From assembly GCA_043228905.1 (NCBI GenBank), contig JBHGNT010000011.1, positions 10,168,001 through 10,232,000 on the forward strand: a stretch of 64,000 nt of DNA, in the 5' to 3' direction. Positions 36,522 to 48,500 of this stretch are shown here, piece by piece. The position numbers and the translations under genes are program-made. The stretch is from Azolla caroliniana. Its lineage: Eukaryota > Plantae > Polypodiophyta. Within the stretch, counting starts at the first letter, position 1. Each line of letters opens with the position of its first letter. The notes under the pieces are model-generated. The model did no database searches. It was not told the DNA's origin and worked only from the letters and a program-made list of their open reading frames with translations.

Positions 36522-37890
36522 ACTTAACATCCCCCATAATAGGCATATATAATGTAATCAACTTAGGTTGTCAATGTTGGAATCAATTTCAAGCCCATTT
36601 GAGTATGCAAAGGTTGGGATCAATTTGTCAAAAGACTTTTGGTCATGGGATAAGATATATTGTCACGTGTTAGAATATTGTCAATGATAAACCTCTTCTT
36701 GGAGACACATTCTTGGAAAAACTGATATTGAATCTCTATATGTTTTTATGCCGAATAATGGACACCATTTTTATCCAAAGAGATAGCACCCTAGTTATCA
36801 CCACTATAAGGTCAAAGTTGAATTCCGAACAATCTACAGAAACGTGACAACTAGTCAACTTAGACATTGTAATTCCTTAGCTACGTAAGATGTAGCTACA
36901 TATTCTCCTTCATATCATCGAGGTCTTTGTGCTCTCCTAAAGTTTTTATCTGCATGAGATTTATCTTCTTGCAAATTGGAAAAAATAGTCGGAGGTTGAT
37001 TTCTAAGCATCATGCATAGTCTGAATATGTTGAACAAACTAGGTTCATTATTTTGAATTGAGGGCTTGTTGGCAAAACCTATTTGCTTAAGTTTTGTGTG
37101 TCATTCAAATATCTAAAGACATGACACTACATTCCAATGTGGTTGACTGGGTTTGTACATAAATATGCTTGCTTTACTTGGAACCATATGCACTAAATTA
37201 GCTTGAGTTACGAGCATCGTGTACATCAAAGAACCAACAACCAATGTATATGGTACCGACTTCATATGATCCCCCTCTAGACCAGATATCAACAATCTTT
37301 CTATGAAAGCCCAAGGTTGTCATGTAGCATGTTGAATCACTCCAATTTTTTTTGGATGTGATCATCCTAAGACAGATAGAATTGTCAAATGGGTCATGTC
37401 ATGTGATCTTCATCCCAAGAACATGTCCTATGGAACCTAAGTCCTTTATGGAGAAATTCAACTGTAGATGTCATCGGAGATCTGCAAGCTCACCAACATT
37501 TAGTCTCGTGAGAAATATATCATCCACGTAGAGGATGAGATATATGATGGATCTATAAGATGTGTCTTTCGAAAATAGATAATGGTTCTCATTGCTTTCA
37601 GAAAATCCAACTGATTGAATGAAGTCATTGAATTTTTGATACCATTTTCAAGGCTTTTACTCTAGGCCATATAGATTCCTCTTGAGTTGGTAGACTAGAT
37701 GTTCTTGGCTAGGTGACATGAAACCTTCCAATTACTTCTTCCAAATTTCCTCATCCAAATCACCATGGAGAAAGGTTTTTTTGACATCTAATTGAAGAAT
37801 TTTCAAGTCCTTCGCAACTACTAGCCTGAGTAGGAATTGTAGGGTTCACATTTTCAACATTAGTGAAACAATCTTGTCAAAATTGACTCC
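36522..37890 (-). mobile_element. Highly decayed Tork/Tnt1-like Copia RT-RNase H remnant
   Basis: The minus strand gives DVKKTFLHGDLDEEI, LILYVDDI, VPYTLVVGSLMYTM and KHIEIQY. PPT-like ATGGGGGA followed by TGTTA at about 36522-36534. Confidence 0.75.
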
Positions 37891-39509
37891 CCGTGCAGTA
37901 TTTGATATTGTTTGGACTAGACAAGTGAGACCAAATTAGGGTATGGTGTAGTGCCATCCTCCCTCCTTGGGATTACAAGTGCAAAGTTGACGACTAAAAA
38001 GTGGAGTTGGTGGAGAATGTTGTGATATTTGATTGGATCTCCTCCACTCTAGTTTCCATGGATAGGTTCCCTTGATAAGCAAAGAAAACCAAGTCTAGAA
38101 GATCCATCAGTAGGGTGATGGTGTGCAACAATACCAACCGCTGAGGAATAACCTCAAATGTATCATATGGATAAATCATTAAAAAATCTAGTTGTTGGTC
38201 CATGACGAGGACAATTGTGACAAATTTTAAGCACTCCATTGGGGATGAGATATAATCTTCATAGAGTACATGTTTGGTGATTGACAAACATCATAAAGCA
38301 TGATTGGCTTGTTATAGTATTATGTGAGGGGTTCTCAACACTGTAAATAACTCTATCAAGTTTGAGGAGGCATCAACATAGAAAGTTAGCACTTGAGCAA
38401 TGATTGGGGGCAATGGGATAGAAAAGTCATCTTCTCACTTGGATCTTAATTATTTGATGTTGCCTTGCAAGTCTTGACAATGGTTTCCTGATTAGACCAT
38501 AGTTTATTAGACCACTTCCTTTTTTCTTTTTCTTTTTCTTTTTCTTTTTCTTTCAAGAAAGATACTACATTAGTATTAAGAAGCGTCCTAAGGTTGTACA
38601 CAAAATATGTACATCTAGGTAATTATCCCCCGTGTTAAATTCTAGCTTTTGGCTTAAATAAATACTTTGGTGTAGAGTAAAACCACTCCACCTTGTAAAA
38701 AATCCACCTATAAGATATTCCTTTGTCTGATAATCGAACCACTTCTTAGTCTAACTACAAGGCTACAACCTCGTGATGTGATGCAAATGGGCATGTGATC
38801 TTCTATTACAACAACAATTGAGTATTCCATAAATCCTAAATAACATCAAGAAATTTAACGACTTTTTGATGTTTGCATTATTCTAATAGGATAGAATTTA
38901 AATTTGGTGTAACAACGGTATTGCCTCATGCTATGACAAAGAGGGGCATATGCATATTCTAGTTGGAACTCTAACAATTGTTGTTCTCATAGGATAGAAT
39001 TTAAAATTGGTCTAACTACAACAATGTCGCCTAAAATAAGTTGTGACAAGGATGATTGTGTGTGTGTGTCTTCTAGTTCGGAATCTAAGAGTTTTTAAGT
39101 ATTCCATAAAGCGTGAATATCATCAAGGAATTTAAGCACACTTCATTGCAAGCACTCTTAGACACTACATTGTTCTTGTATTGTAGAATTTAACTAGTTG
39201 CATTGTTCTTGTAGCTCACATTCATCCTATTGGAGGGGATCTACTTTGGTATATGCTTGGTTGAGCTTGAGAGTGGTGATGTGGAGCTCAACCTCTATAG
39301 TTGTTAACTTTGCTTTAAGTTGGGCAATGTGTGTGGCATACAATGTCTTCTCTAGTTGAGAGGCTTTACTTAATTGCACAAAAGCTACGTTGAGTTAGTT
39401 GTAAGCTTGAGTTGTTTTCTTGTTCTTTCCATGTCCATGGGTGGTGACGGTATGCATGGCCTCTTCTAAACATATATCATGCACTCTGTATCTAGCTAAT
39501 TCAAATTAT

Positions 39510-40823
39510 GCGTACTGTTTGAAGGCTTTGGAGGTATATTCTCCTCCGTTGTCGGACCGGAGTGTCTTCACTCTGTATCCGTCATCAAAAGACCGTTCCT
39601 TACACACCCATGCAGAATGGAATGGCAGAACAGATCAATCAAACGATCTAAGAGAGGGTGATGGCAATGCTCCAACAAGCTGGACTTAAGCAGGAGTTCT
39701 AGGCTGAGGCATTGCAGACAGTAGTATACCTGATAAACCTGTCGCTGTTGAGAGCAATCAGGCTCGAAGTGCCACATGCATTATGGTCAGGCAAACAACC
39801 GACCTAGGATAGGCTCCGTATATTCAGATGCGAAGCCTACATGTTTATCCCTAGGGAGAAAAGGACCAAGTTAGCACCCCATCCAACAAAGTGCATATTT
39901 CTCGGTTATGGAACTGATGGGCACTTCGGCTACAGGATATGGGACCTTGAGAACCGGAAACTAATCCGGAGTAGTGACGTAGTCTTCAATGAAGACTCTA
40001 TCTTCTCTTAGTGGAACCAACAGAAAATAGTTGGTAAAAAGGTATCCTTTGAAGCTGACAGAGATGTCGTAGAAGGACCGTACCACCAAGCTGAATCGGA
40101 GATTCGACAAACAGTCAAACTAGAACAAGTCGACAACATACCTACCGACTCTGAATCGGTAGGAGTTCCACTAGTCGAACTTGAAGACAAAGCCGATTCG
40201 ACAAGAGTTGAACAAGGCAAAGTCAACAAGATGCGATTTGGAAACAGACCCGAGTTGACAAAGTTCACATGGGAGAACGCCATGATACCGTCGAAATCCC
40301 AGCATGGGGACGGGTCATCCAACAAGACTCCTGACACATGTGGCTCAAGAAATACCGATCGAACAACTAAGCCAATCGAAGGATCTGTACCATCAATCAC
40401 GACACCCAGGAGATCTGGACGAGCTCGAAGGCAGACAGAGTTCTACCAACCTGGCCTCGACTACGTCAACTGCACCAATGCAGGCGAACCAAGCACGTAT
40501 GAAGAAGCTATGGCTGCAATAGACGCTGATACATGGCTACAAGCCATGACATTCGAAATGGACTTGATTCACAAGAAGCAAACATGGGAGTTGGTCGAAC
40601 TACCAACTGGAAGAAAGCCGCTACCTTGCAAATGGGTCTTCAGATGCAAATATGTATCTGACTCAAAGAAACCCAAGTACAAACCTCGGCTTGTCGCGAA
40701 AGGGTTCAAACAAGAACATGGGGTCGACCACGACGAGATATTCTCACTAGTCGTCAAGATGACCACCCTCCAACTCTTACTAGGAGTTGTGGCGACAGAA
40801 GATGTAGAGCTCGAGCAGATGGA
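39510..40823 (+). mobile_element. Tork/Tnt1-like Copia fragment (integrase C-terminal half to start of RT)
   Basis: Motifs IRHQKTVPYTP, KCIFLGYG, EPSTYEEAM, TWELVELP, KPRLVAKGF and LEQMDV. Confidence 0.88.
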
Positions 40824-43400
40824 TGTTAGGAATATGTCCCTCTAGTGGGAGGAGCCGACTACTCAGAGAGAGCCGACAGTCGAAGATAGGGAGCAACTGA
40901 CTGATCGGATGAGAGCCAATGGTTGAGGAGTCGACTCAGAGAGAGTTGATCGAGGTCGAAGACATGATCGGCTAGTCGGGCCGACTGGATGGTCGATGAC
41001 CAGGCCGACTAGTCGGAATGACCCGACAATCGACGGCTGAGCCGGTTGATTAGTAAGATTATTATTAATATTAGATAATAATAGGAATGACAATAGCCGT
41101 GGCTACATTTGTAAATATCCCATACAGGGCATAAGTATAAATACACTTAGGGAAAATAGTTTGATATAGACATATGTAGAACGGGTGAATGTGTGAGTCT
41201 CTGTAGCGTAGCGCGACAGAGAAGAGAGTGTGTGTGAGTGTGAGTGAGTGAGTGGCGCCATAACTGTGTTTACTAACAGCATACGCCAAGAGCCATGCGA
41301 GGCTGTTTACACAGTGTGTAGAGGAAGGTTGTTAGGTACGGTATAGATACCATACGTATTTAACGTATTAATACCCGTATAGTACCTCCCAATTTAAAAA
41401 TACGTTAAATACGTTTTCTTAATATGTTAAATACTTATAAAATACATAAAATACGTATTTTTACGTATAGTATGTTAAATACTTCTAGAATTTGAAAATG
41501 ATTTACCTTTCTAAAAAGTATCTATATTATTGTAAAAACATCTATGTTTACACAATTTTGTGATGTACAATATAGTTCTACATCCTAAAATGCATATAAG
41601 ACATTTGAATATTTCACATCCTAAAATACTTGTAGTAATATAGATGTCGACATTCCCTTATTCTATAAATTAGTGTAAGTGTGTATCACGATGTTCTACA
41701 TCAAATTGTAATTATTTACAATTATGCCTTCATAGATTGAGGAATTGTCTACGATTATCACACTCATGATAGGTTTCTCTTTTCTTCATTTTCTTCTTCT
41801 TCTTCTTCTTCTTCTTCTTCTTCTTCTTCTTCTTCTTCTTCTTCTATCTACTGCGATTATCACACTCAGGATAGGTTTATGTCTTCTTTTCTCTCTTTTC
41901 TCTTCTTCTTCTTCATCTTCTTTATCGTCGTCTCTTCTATTCTTCTTTCTTCCTTCCTTTGGCTTCTTTTTCACTAAAATATTTTTTTTCTTTTGCTTTT
42001 TGTTAGGGTTTTACTTACATTTTCTTTATAAATACATATTATACTTGTTTTTTCAAAAATACATTAAATACCGTATTGGAGAAATGTACATGATATTTGA
42101 CCGAACAACATTGAGGTATAGTACGTACTATACAAATGATGAAGTACTATACGTATTTAAACGTTAAATACGGGTACGTAAACAACCATGGTGTAGAGAG
42201 TGTGGTACTCTAATCTTGTTGTTGTATATCCACTATATAATGAAGATCCGTTCTACGTGGTATTCTCCCGCTTTAGGGTTTCCACGTTAAATCAGTGTAC
42301 ACTATTTTTTGTGTTTCAGAGTTGTGTATGTCAACATATTACTTTTCTTGTGGATTGACGATTCATTTTCTCAACAAACTGGTATTAGAACTTGAGGTGC
42401 AAGCATGGAAAGAGGTGTGAGTGGCTTCCCAGGAATGATAGTTCTATATTCTCAGAACTATGCAGACTGGAAGATAAAGATGGAGGACCTTCTCATAGTC
42501 TAAGACATGTACGAGCCGATCGACATAGCAGAAATACCCACGTGGGTATTAGAGTCAGAATGGAAACTTCTGAACAGAAAGGCGGTGACACCATCAGACA
42601 ATACGTCGATGTAAGTCTCCTTCAACATATGGCGAACGACACAAATGGCCACAAGATGTAGCAGAACCTATCAGGTCTATATGAGAGGAAGAACGCGCTC
42701 AATAAAACCTCATTGATGAGAAAGATCGTACGACTGAAATATAGAGACGGTGAGAGCATCGTCTAACACATAAGCACATTCATGGGGTATGTAAATCAAC
42801 TTGCTGCAACCAAGTTTCCCCTTGATGATGTTATGTAGGCCATCCTACTAATGTGCACATTGCCGGATAACTGGGAGAACCTGGTGGTTACTCTCAGCAC
42901 CTCTTTTCAAGAAGAGAACTTGTCTTTACAATCGGTGAAGACAAGCATCCTGAATGAGGAGGCGAGAAGGAAGGACAAAGGTTTCCTAGTCCAGTCGGAG
43001 TCAAATTTGACTCAACACATCGATAGAGGAAGGAATCGGCAAAGGAGTCCACCAAGGAGAGAAAAGTTTCAAGCCAGGTCGAAGTCCCGAGGAAAGCTCA
43101 TGTGCTTTTATTGTGGAAAGCTTGGACATTTCCAGAAGGACCGCCGACACTTTAAAAAGGAAAAGAGTGTTGGTAATAATGTTGAACCCAAGAAGATTCT
43201 TGAAGAAAAGTACACTTCAGCCATTGCTACGAGCAATGAAGAACTTTTGTTCATTTGTGAACATACAAGTGAAAATCTTGCAAGTGAAGAATGCACTTGG
43301 GTGATCGACTCCGGTGCATCCTTCCACATAACTCTGTCGAGAGAGTATTTCTCGACTTACATAGCCGGTGATCATGGTTATGTAAAGATGGGTGGCAGTG
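40824..43400 (+). mobile_element. 5' part of a Tork-like Copia (5' LTR 40824-42376 containing a MITE, PBS, gag, protease), 3'-truncated
   Basis: LTR TGTTAGGA...CTCAACA, PBS TGGTATTAGAAC, gag (NYADWKIKMEDLL, CFYCGKLGH) and protease WVIDSGASFH. Confidence 0.88.
41324..42190. mobile_element. Non-autonomous hAT-type element (MITE) inside the LTR
   Basis: 8-bp TSD GTGTAGAG (41316-41323 and 42191-42198), imperfect TIRs GAAGGTTGTT / AACAACCATG, subterminal TACGTATT/AATACG motifs and an internal (CTT)n run. Confidence 0.8.
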
Positions 43401-44118
43401 CAATGGTCTTGGCAATACCAAAATGTCTAGCCATGGGGGCATCATGACAATGTTCTAACACTTGAAGTTGGGGTGATCCGTCAGGGATGTAAAGGGGATT
43501 CTTGTAGAAGAGTAAGCCATCTTGCTTGTTGAAGTCCGATAATGTTGAGATGACCCTTGCAATGTGGAGTAAGATGGATGACTTGAACCAATGTGAGCTA
43601 AGACATCCTTAGCGAAATCATCAAAGTGAAGTTGTTGCCGAATAGTGGCGTGGCATAAATTGTTGTTGCTTGTAGCTTTGATGGCCCGAGGATAATTTGC
43701 TTTTGATTGTCAAAGGCTGGATCTCCAGGTCGAAGAGCTAGATATGAATGCCGGTGAGCTTGAACATGCCGCCCAACGAATCGTCCATTATTCTATATCG
43801 GTTCGCTCTGATACCACTTTATTGAGGAATACGTGGAATAGTCTCCGGCAACAACTGAAGGGTAAATCACTTTATACAGTCGAACACAGAAGAAGATGGG
43901 AATGGAGGTAAGTGCACAAATAGCGAGAAAAAAGAATACACAGGATATTAACGTGGAAAACCTTGAGAGGGAAAAACCACGAGAGTCCACAGACTCCAAA
44001 CTATCACTATATCACAATGATTACAACAGTGAGCTCACGTAGTCAACGACCTCGTGCTCACGATCTTCGCCACAGGCAGTGGTTACAACAGAGGCAACGA
44101 CCTCTCTATATCTCGAGC

Positions 44119-44168
<50 letters not shown>

Positions 44169-44539
44169 CACAGTTGCTCTCTCAAAAAAATCGCGACAAC
44201 GATAATGACAACCACAACACTAAGTTTGCCCTAAGTTATATTTATACTAAAATGACTTTTCGGCTATTTACAAATATAGCCCCGATGGACTCTCAAAAAC
44301 ATTTTTACGAATATTTCCCTTCATCCGGTGAGCACTCCTCACTGGGCCTGCATCATTCGGCGCTTGCCGGGCACTCGTCATCCGGTTCTCATCGGGTCTT
44401 CCGTTTCCGGGTACTCCTCATCCGGTTCTCACCGGGTCTTCCGTTGCCGGGTACTCCACATCCGGTTTCGGTCTCGGCCGAGTTTGCTCATCAACACTGT
44501 TTTTCTCACTTCCTATCCGGAGGGACATGTTTCCTAACA
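43401..44539 (-). mobile_element. 5' end of a second Tork-like Copia (5' LTR 43820-44539, PBS, N-terminal gag)
   Basis: The minus-strand LTR starts TGTTAGGAAACATGTCCC. PBS TGGTATCAGAGC at 43805-43816. gag reads MDDSLGGMFKLTG...RQQLHFDDF. Confidence 0.85.
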
Positions 44540-44665
44540 TTCCGGACCCTCCACAAGCAAGGGGAGTCAAGGCGGCGTCGGAGGCCGGTAAGCAAAGGCT
44601 GACATGGAATGCTGGTACTGTGGTAAAAAGGGCCACAGAGAAAGCGAGTGCTGGAAAAAGCGCGT

Positions 44666-45515
44666 TGTCGGGGTAGTTGTGGTTCGTGCGGCGAAGTCGT
44701 AGGGACTAAGGTTAAAGGGAGTTGACGAAACTTTTATAAGTCTTTGCGCACAAATGTTAGGAAGATTAAGGATAAGAAGAATAAGAGTTTAAAGTAATGT
44801 GTGTGAGAGAGATGAGCATAGATAAAAGATAGAGAGAATGTATGATTTAAGAAGAAAGAGTATAAGATATGAACATGATTTATATTAAGAAAACAAGTTT
44901 TTACCAACATTACAATGCTTTATAACAAGATGAACCCTTTCTCTACTGACTCTTGATTTGAACCCTTGATTTGAACTTGGAAACACAAGCCTCTTCACCA
45001 AGAAGCTAACTTGTTTATTTCATTAATTATGTTCTAACTTTCTCTTCTTGATTCCCCTTTTGTTTTCCTTTCCCCTCTTTTTATAAGTATTACCATGCAT
45101 ATGATAATGTGTAGGAGCATAGCATGCATGTAATGCATGAGTTACATGTGATGCATGATCGCCATTTGGTGCACATGCATTGCATGTGATGCATGATAGC
45201 CAATATGAAAATATATAAGGGATAAGTATAATGATGAATATAACATTAAACAAATAACCTATCTTAGTGGTGTATGCTTTGTGCTTGATATACAAGGTTG
45301 AGGGTTCAAGTCCCTCAATTTTACTTAATACAATATTTAAGTTTATTCTTATATAGTGAAGCACATTATTGAGAATATTTCCAAAAACAAATAGCCTACC
45401 CTAGTGGTATATACATTGTGCTTGGTTTATAAGGTTGTGGGTTCAAGTGTTTGAAATATTATTGAATTCAATATTTAAATTTATTTTTATATCGTGAAGC
45501 AAATCCTTCACGACA
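44666..45515 (-). mobile_element. 850-bp solo LTR (probably chromovirus type) inserted in the gag of Copia C
   Basis: Termini TGTCG...CGACA. Flanks GCGT/GCGC form a 4-bp TSD with one C>T, and removing the insert restores WKKRADPD. Orientation is inferred from the layout it shares with the 11975-12400 LTR. Confidence 0.8.
45253..45455 (+). other. Two tandem tRNA-like A-box/B-box cassettes in the solo LTR
   Basis: TATCTTAGTGG (45260) with GAGGG-TTCAAGT-CCCTC (B box at 45303), and TACCCTAGTGG (45397) with GGTTCAAGT (45440). Both pairs are 43 nt apart. Confidence 0.65.
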
Positions 45516-48500
45516 GCGCCGATCCAGACATATCCGGATCCGGCAAGACCGGCAGAGAGAACCGACAATACTCGCACTATGCAGAAGGATCGAGAGGATC
45601 CAAAGCCAGAAAAGTCGGTAAAGGGCCGGCCTTGGTGATGAAACATGAGGCTAACTCGATGAAGAAGACCACTTCCAAATCAGAGGAAGTGTGGTACGTT
45701 GATTCCAATTCGTCGAATCACATGACGAGCCACAAAGAGTGGTTCTCTTTCTTGGAGAAACCGGAACCACCGGGAGTCGTTGAAACTGGAGATGACACTC
45801 CTCACCCAATCGTGCATATCGGAGAAGTCCCTTTGAGCCACGTCAGACAGAGGGGGAAGCTAATGAACGTATTACACGTTTCGACTATCACGAAGAACCT
45901 GGTGTCAGTCGGTCAGATCGTTGACCAGGGGATGCAGGTGCGATTTACGCACCTTGGGTGCTACATAGAGGAAGAGGGCCAGATTATTGCGCAAGGGCGC
46001 AGAGATGGGAGGATGTTCATCCTCGACACCAATAATGTCGGCATCGCTTTGTTTGCAAAGGACAGAAGATTGAATCGGATATTGATCTCTAGCACAAGCA
46101 GATCGGCCACGTCAATTACCGGAGGCTTCAAGACCTACAGACGAAACAAGTTGTTTTTGGTTTGCTGAAGTTCAGTGGCCAGAAGGCCCAAATATGTGAA
46201 ACCCGCCAACTCGGGAAGCAACACCAGCTTCCATTCCCCACCGAACAAAACCGTAGCCGTAACAAGCTCGACCTTATTCATTCGGATGTATGGGGACCGA
46301 CACACAATGTTAGTCTTGGCGGGAGTCGGTATTTCGTCTCCTTCATTGACGACTACAACTAGCACACATGGATCTACCTCATTGAGTGGAAGAGCGAAGT
46401 CTTCGAGTGTTTCCAGAACCTGCAAAGCCTGGTTGAACGGGAAACAGAGAGCAAGATCAAGTGTCTGCGGTTGGATGGCGGAAAAGAATATTTTTCCGGC
46501 CAATTCAACAGTTATCTGCAGCAAAAAGGAATTCGGAGAGAGTTTAGCTGCAGATACACACTGGAGCAAAATGGTGTGGCCGAAAGGAAGAACCGGTCAA
46601 TTGTTGACATGGCAAGGGCAATGCTAGAGGAGAAGAGCTTGCCCCATTTCTACTGGGCCGAGGCAGTCCGGACGACCGTCTACATCCAAAACCGGATCGG
46701 TGACAAGGTGTCCGCGCATGAGCTGTATTTCGGGCGTAAGCCGAATTTGAGACACCTTCGGATATTTGGTAGCATTGCATATGTGCATGTGCCAGATGAG
46801 AAGCGGAGGAAGTTGGATGCGAAGTCGGAGAAATGCATCCTGGTCGGTTACTCGCATGAGCAAAAGGGGTATAAGTGTTATAACCCCCGGACGAAGCAGG
46901 TCCGAGTTAGCCGGGATGTTGAGTTTGATGAGACGGCATCATGGTATGCCTTACCGGCTCCGACTTCCGACCCTGACCCGATACCGGAGGATGAGGCTAG
47001 TGAGCCTGAACCGGTCCAGTTAGAATACGAAGGGTTCGAGACTCTAGATGTGAGTCCGGAATCGTTTTGGTTAAGTGGACCGAATGAGCGGTTGAGTCGG
47101 GATGACCAGTCGGATGAGGAACCAGCGAGTAGTGGAGACTCTACCATGCTCTCCCCGTGCAAGGAACCGAGGAGATGGTTCACGCACAAAGAAAAGGGGA
47201 AGAAGAAGATGCCGGAATACGAAACCGGCAACGATGAGTCGGATCGGAGCAAATCCTACTCCGGAAAGGATAAAGGTGGATCTTCGAGAACGAAGTCCAA
47301 CCTGGCCAAGAAGGGCCCCAAACCAGGTAATACCAAGTTATGTCGGTCTTCCCTCCAGAAGAACCCCGTGAAGCGGTACGGGTACAATGAGTACATGGTG
47401 CATCACTATGCGTACATGACCAAGGTGGTGGAAGTGCATGAGCCGGAGAGCTACGCAGAAGCGGCAAAGGACGCAAATTGGCATGCCATTATGGAGGAAG
47501 AAATGCGGGCACTAGATGCCAACGACACATGGGACCTAGTTGATCCTCCTCGACACTATAAAACGATCGGATGTAAGTGGGTGTACAAGGTAAAGTACAA
47601 TGCTGAAGGTTCGGTTAACCCGTACAAGGCCCGGTTAGTGGTGAAGGGATACGCACAGACCCACGGAATCGACTACGACGAGACCTTCACTCCGGTAGCG
47701 AAGATGACGACAGTTCGTGTGGTGCTAGGGGTTGTTGCGGCAAGGGGGTGGCATCTTCACCAAATGGATGTGAAGAATGCATTTCTTCAAGGCGATCTTG
47801 AAGAAGAGATCTTTATGACCCAACCCCCCGGTTTCCAGTCGGAGATGACCAAGTCGGCAGTATGCTGGCTGAAGAAGTCACTTTATGGACTAAAGCAAGC
47901 CCCCCAAGCTTGGAATGTGAAGATCACGCACCGGTTGCATAAGATGGGGTTTGCGGCCTCCAAGTCTGACTCTTCGTTGTTCATCCGACAAGGTCCGGAC
48001 GGTCCGGTTTGCATCTTGTTGTATGATGATCTAGTCATCACCGGACTCGTACTCGACGAAACCAGATGTCGGACGCATTTGAGATGAAGGACCTGGGGGA
48101 CCTTCACTATTTCCTTGGGATCGAGGTGCTCTGAACCCCCGACGGCATACTGCTCTCACAAAGACACTATGTGTTGAATATGTTGTACAAGTTCAGCATG
48201 ACGGAATGCCGACCGATCTCCACACCCCTAGACCGGAACCAGAAGCTCCGTCCCGACTCCGGACCGGCCTACGATGAGAAGAGGTTCCGAAAAATCGTCG
48301 GAAGCCTTATATATTTGACAATCACCTGACCCGACATCAGTTATCCGGTTGACGTGATCAACCAATATATGCAGAAGCCGACTATGGAGCACCTTCTATG
48401 CATGCATCGAATTTTGCAATATGTGAGCAGCACGAAGGAACAGGGACTGTTATACCGGTATGGTATAACCGAAGAGCTAGTCAGCTACACCGATGCCGAC

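Noticed and set aside
38500-39480. Short duplicated TAGGATAGAATTTAAA segments
   Set aside because: Too degenerate to assign, and no element boundaries were found.
41745-42167. Poly-Leu and poly-Arg ORFs
   Set aside because: These are translations of a (CTT)n run inside the MITE.
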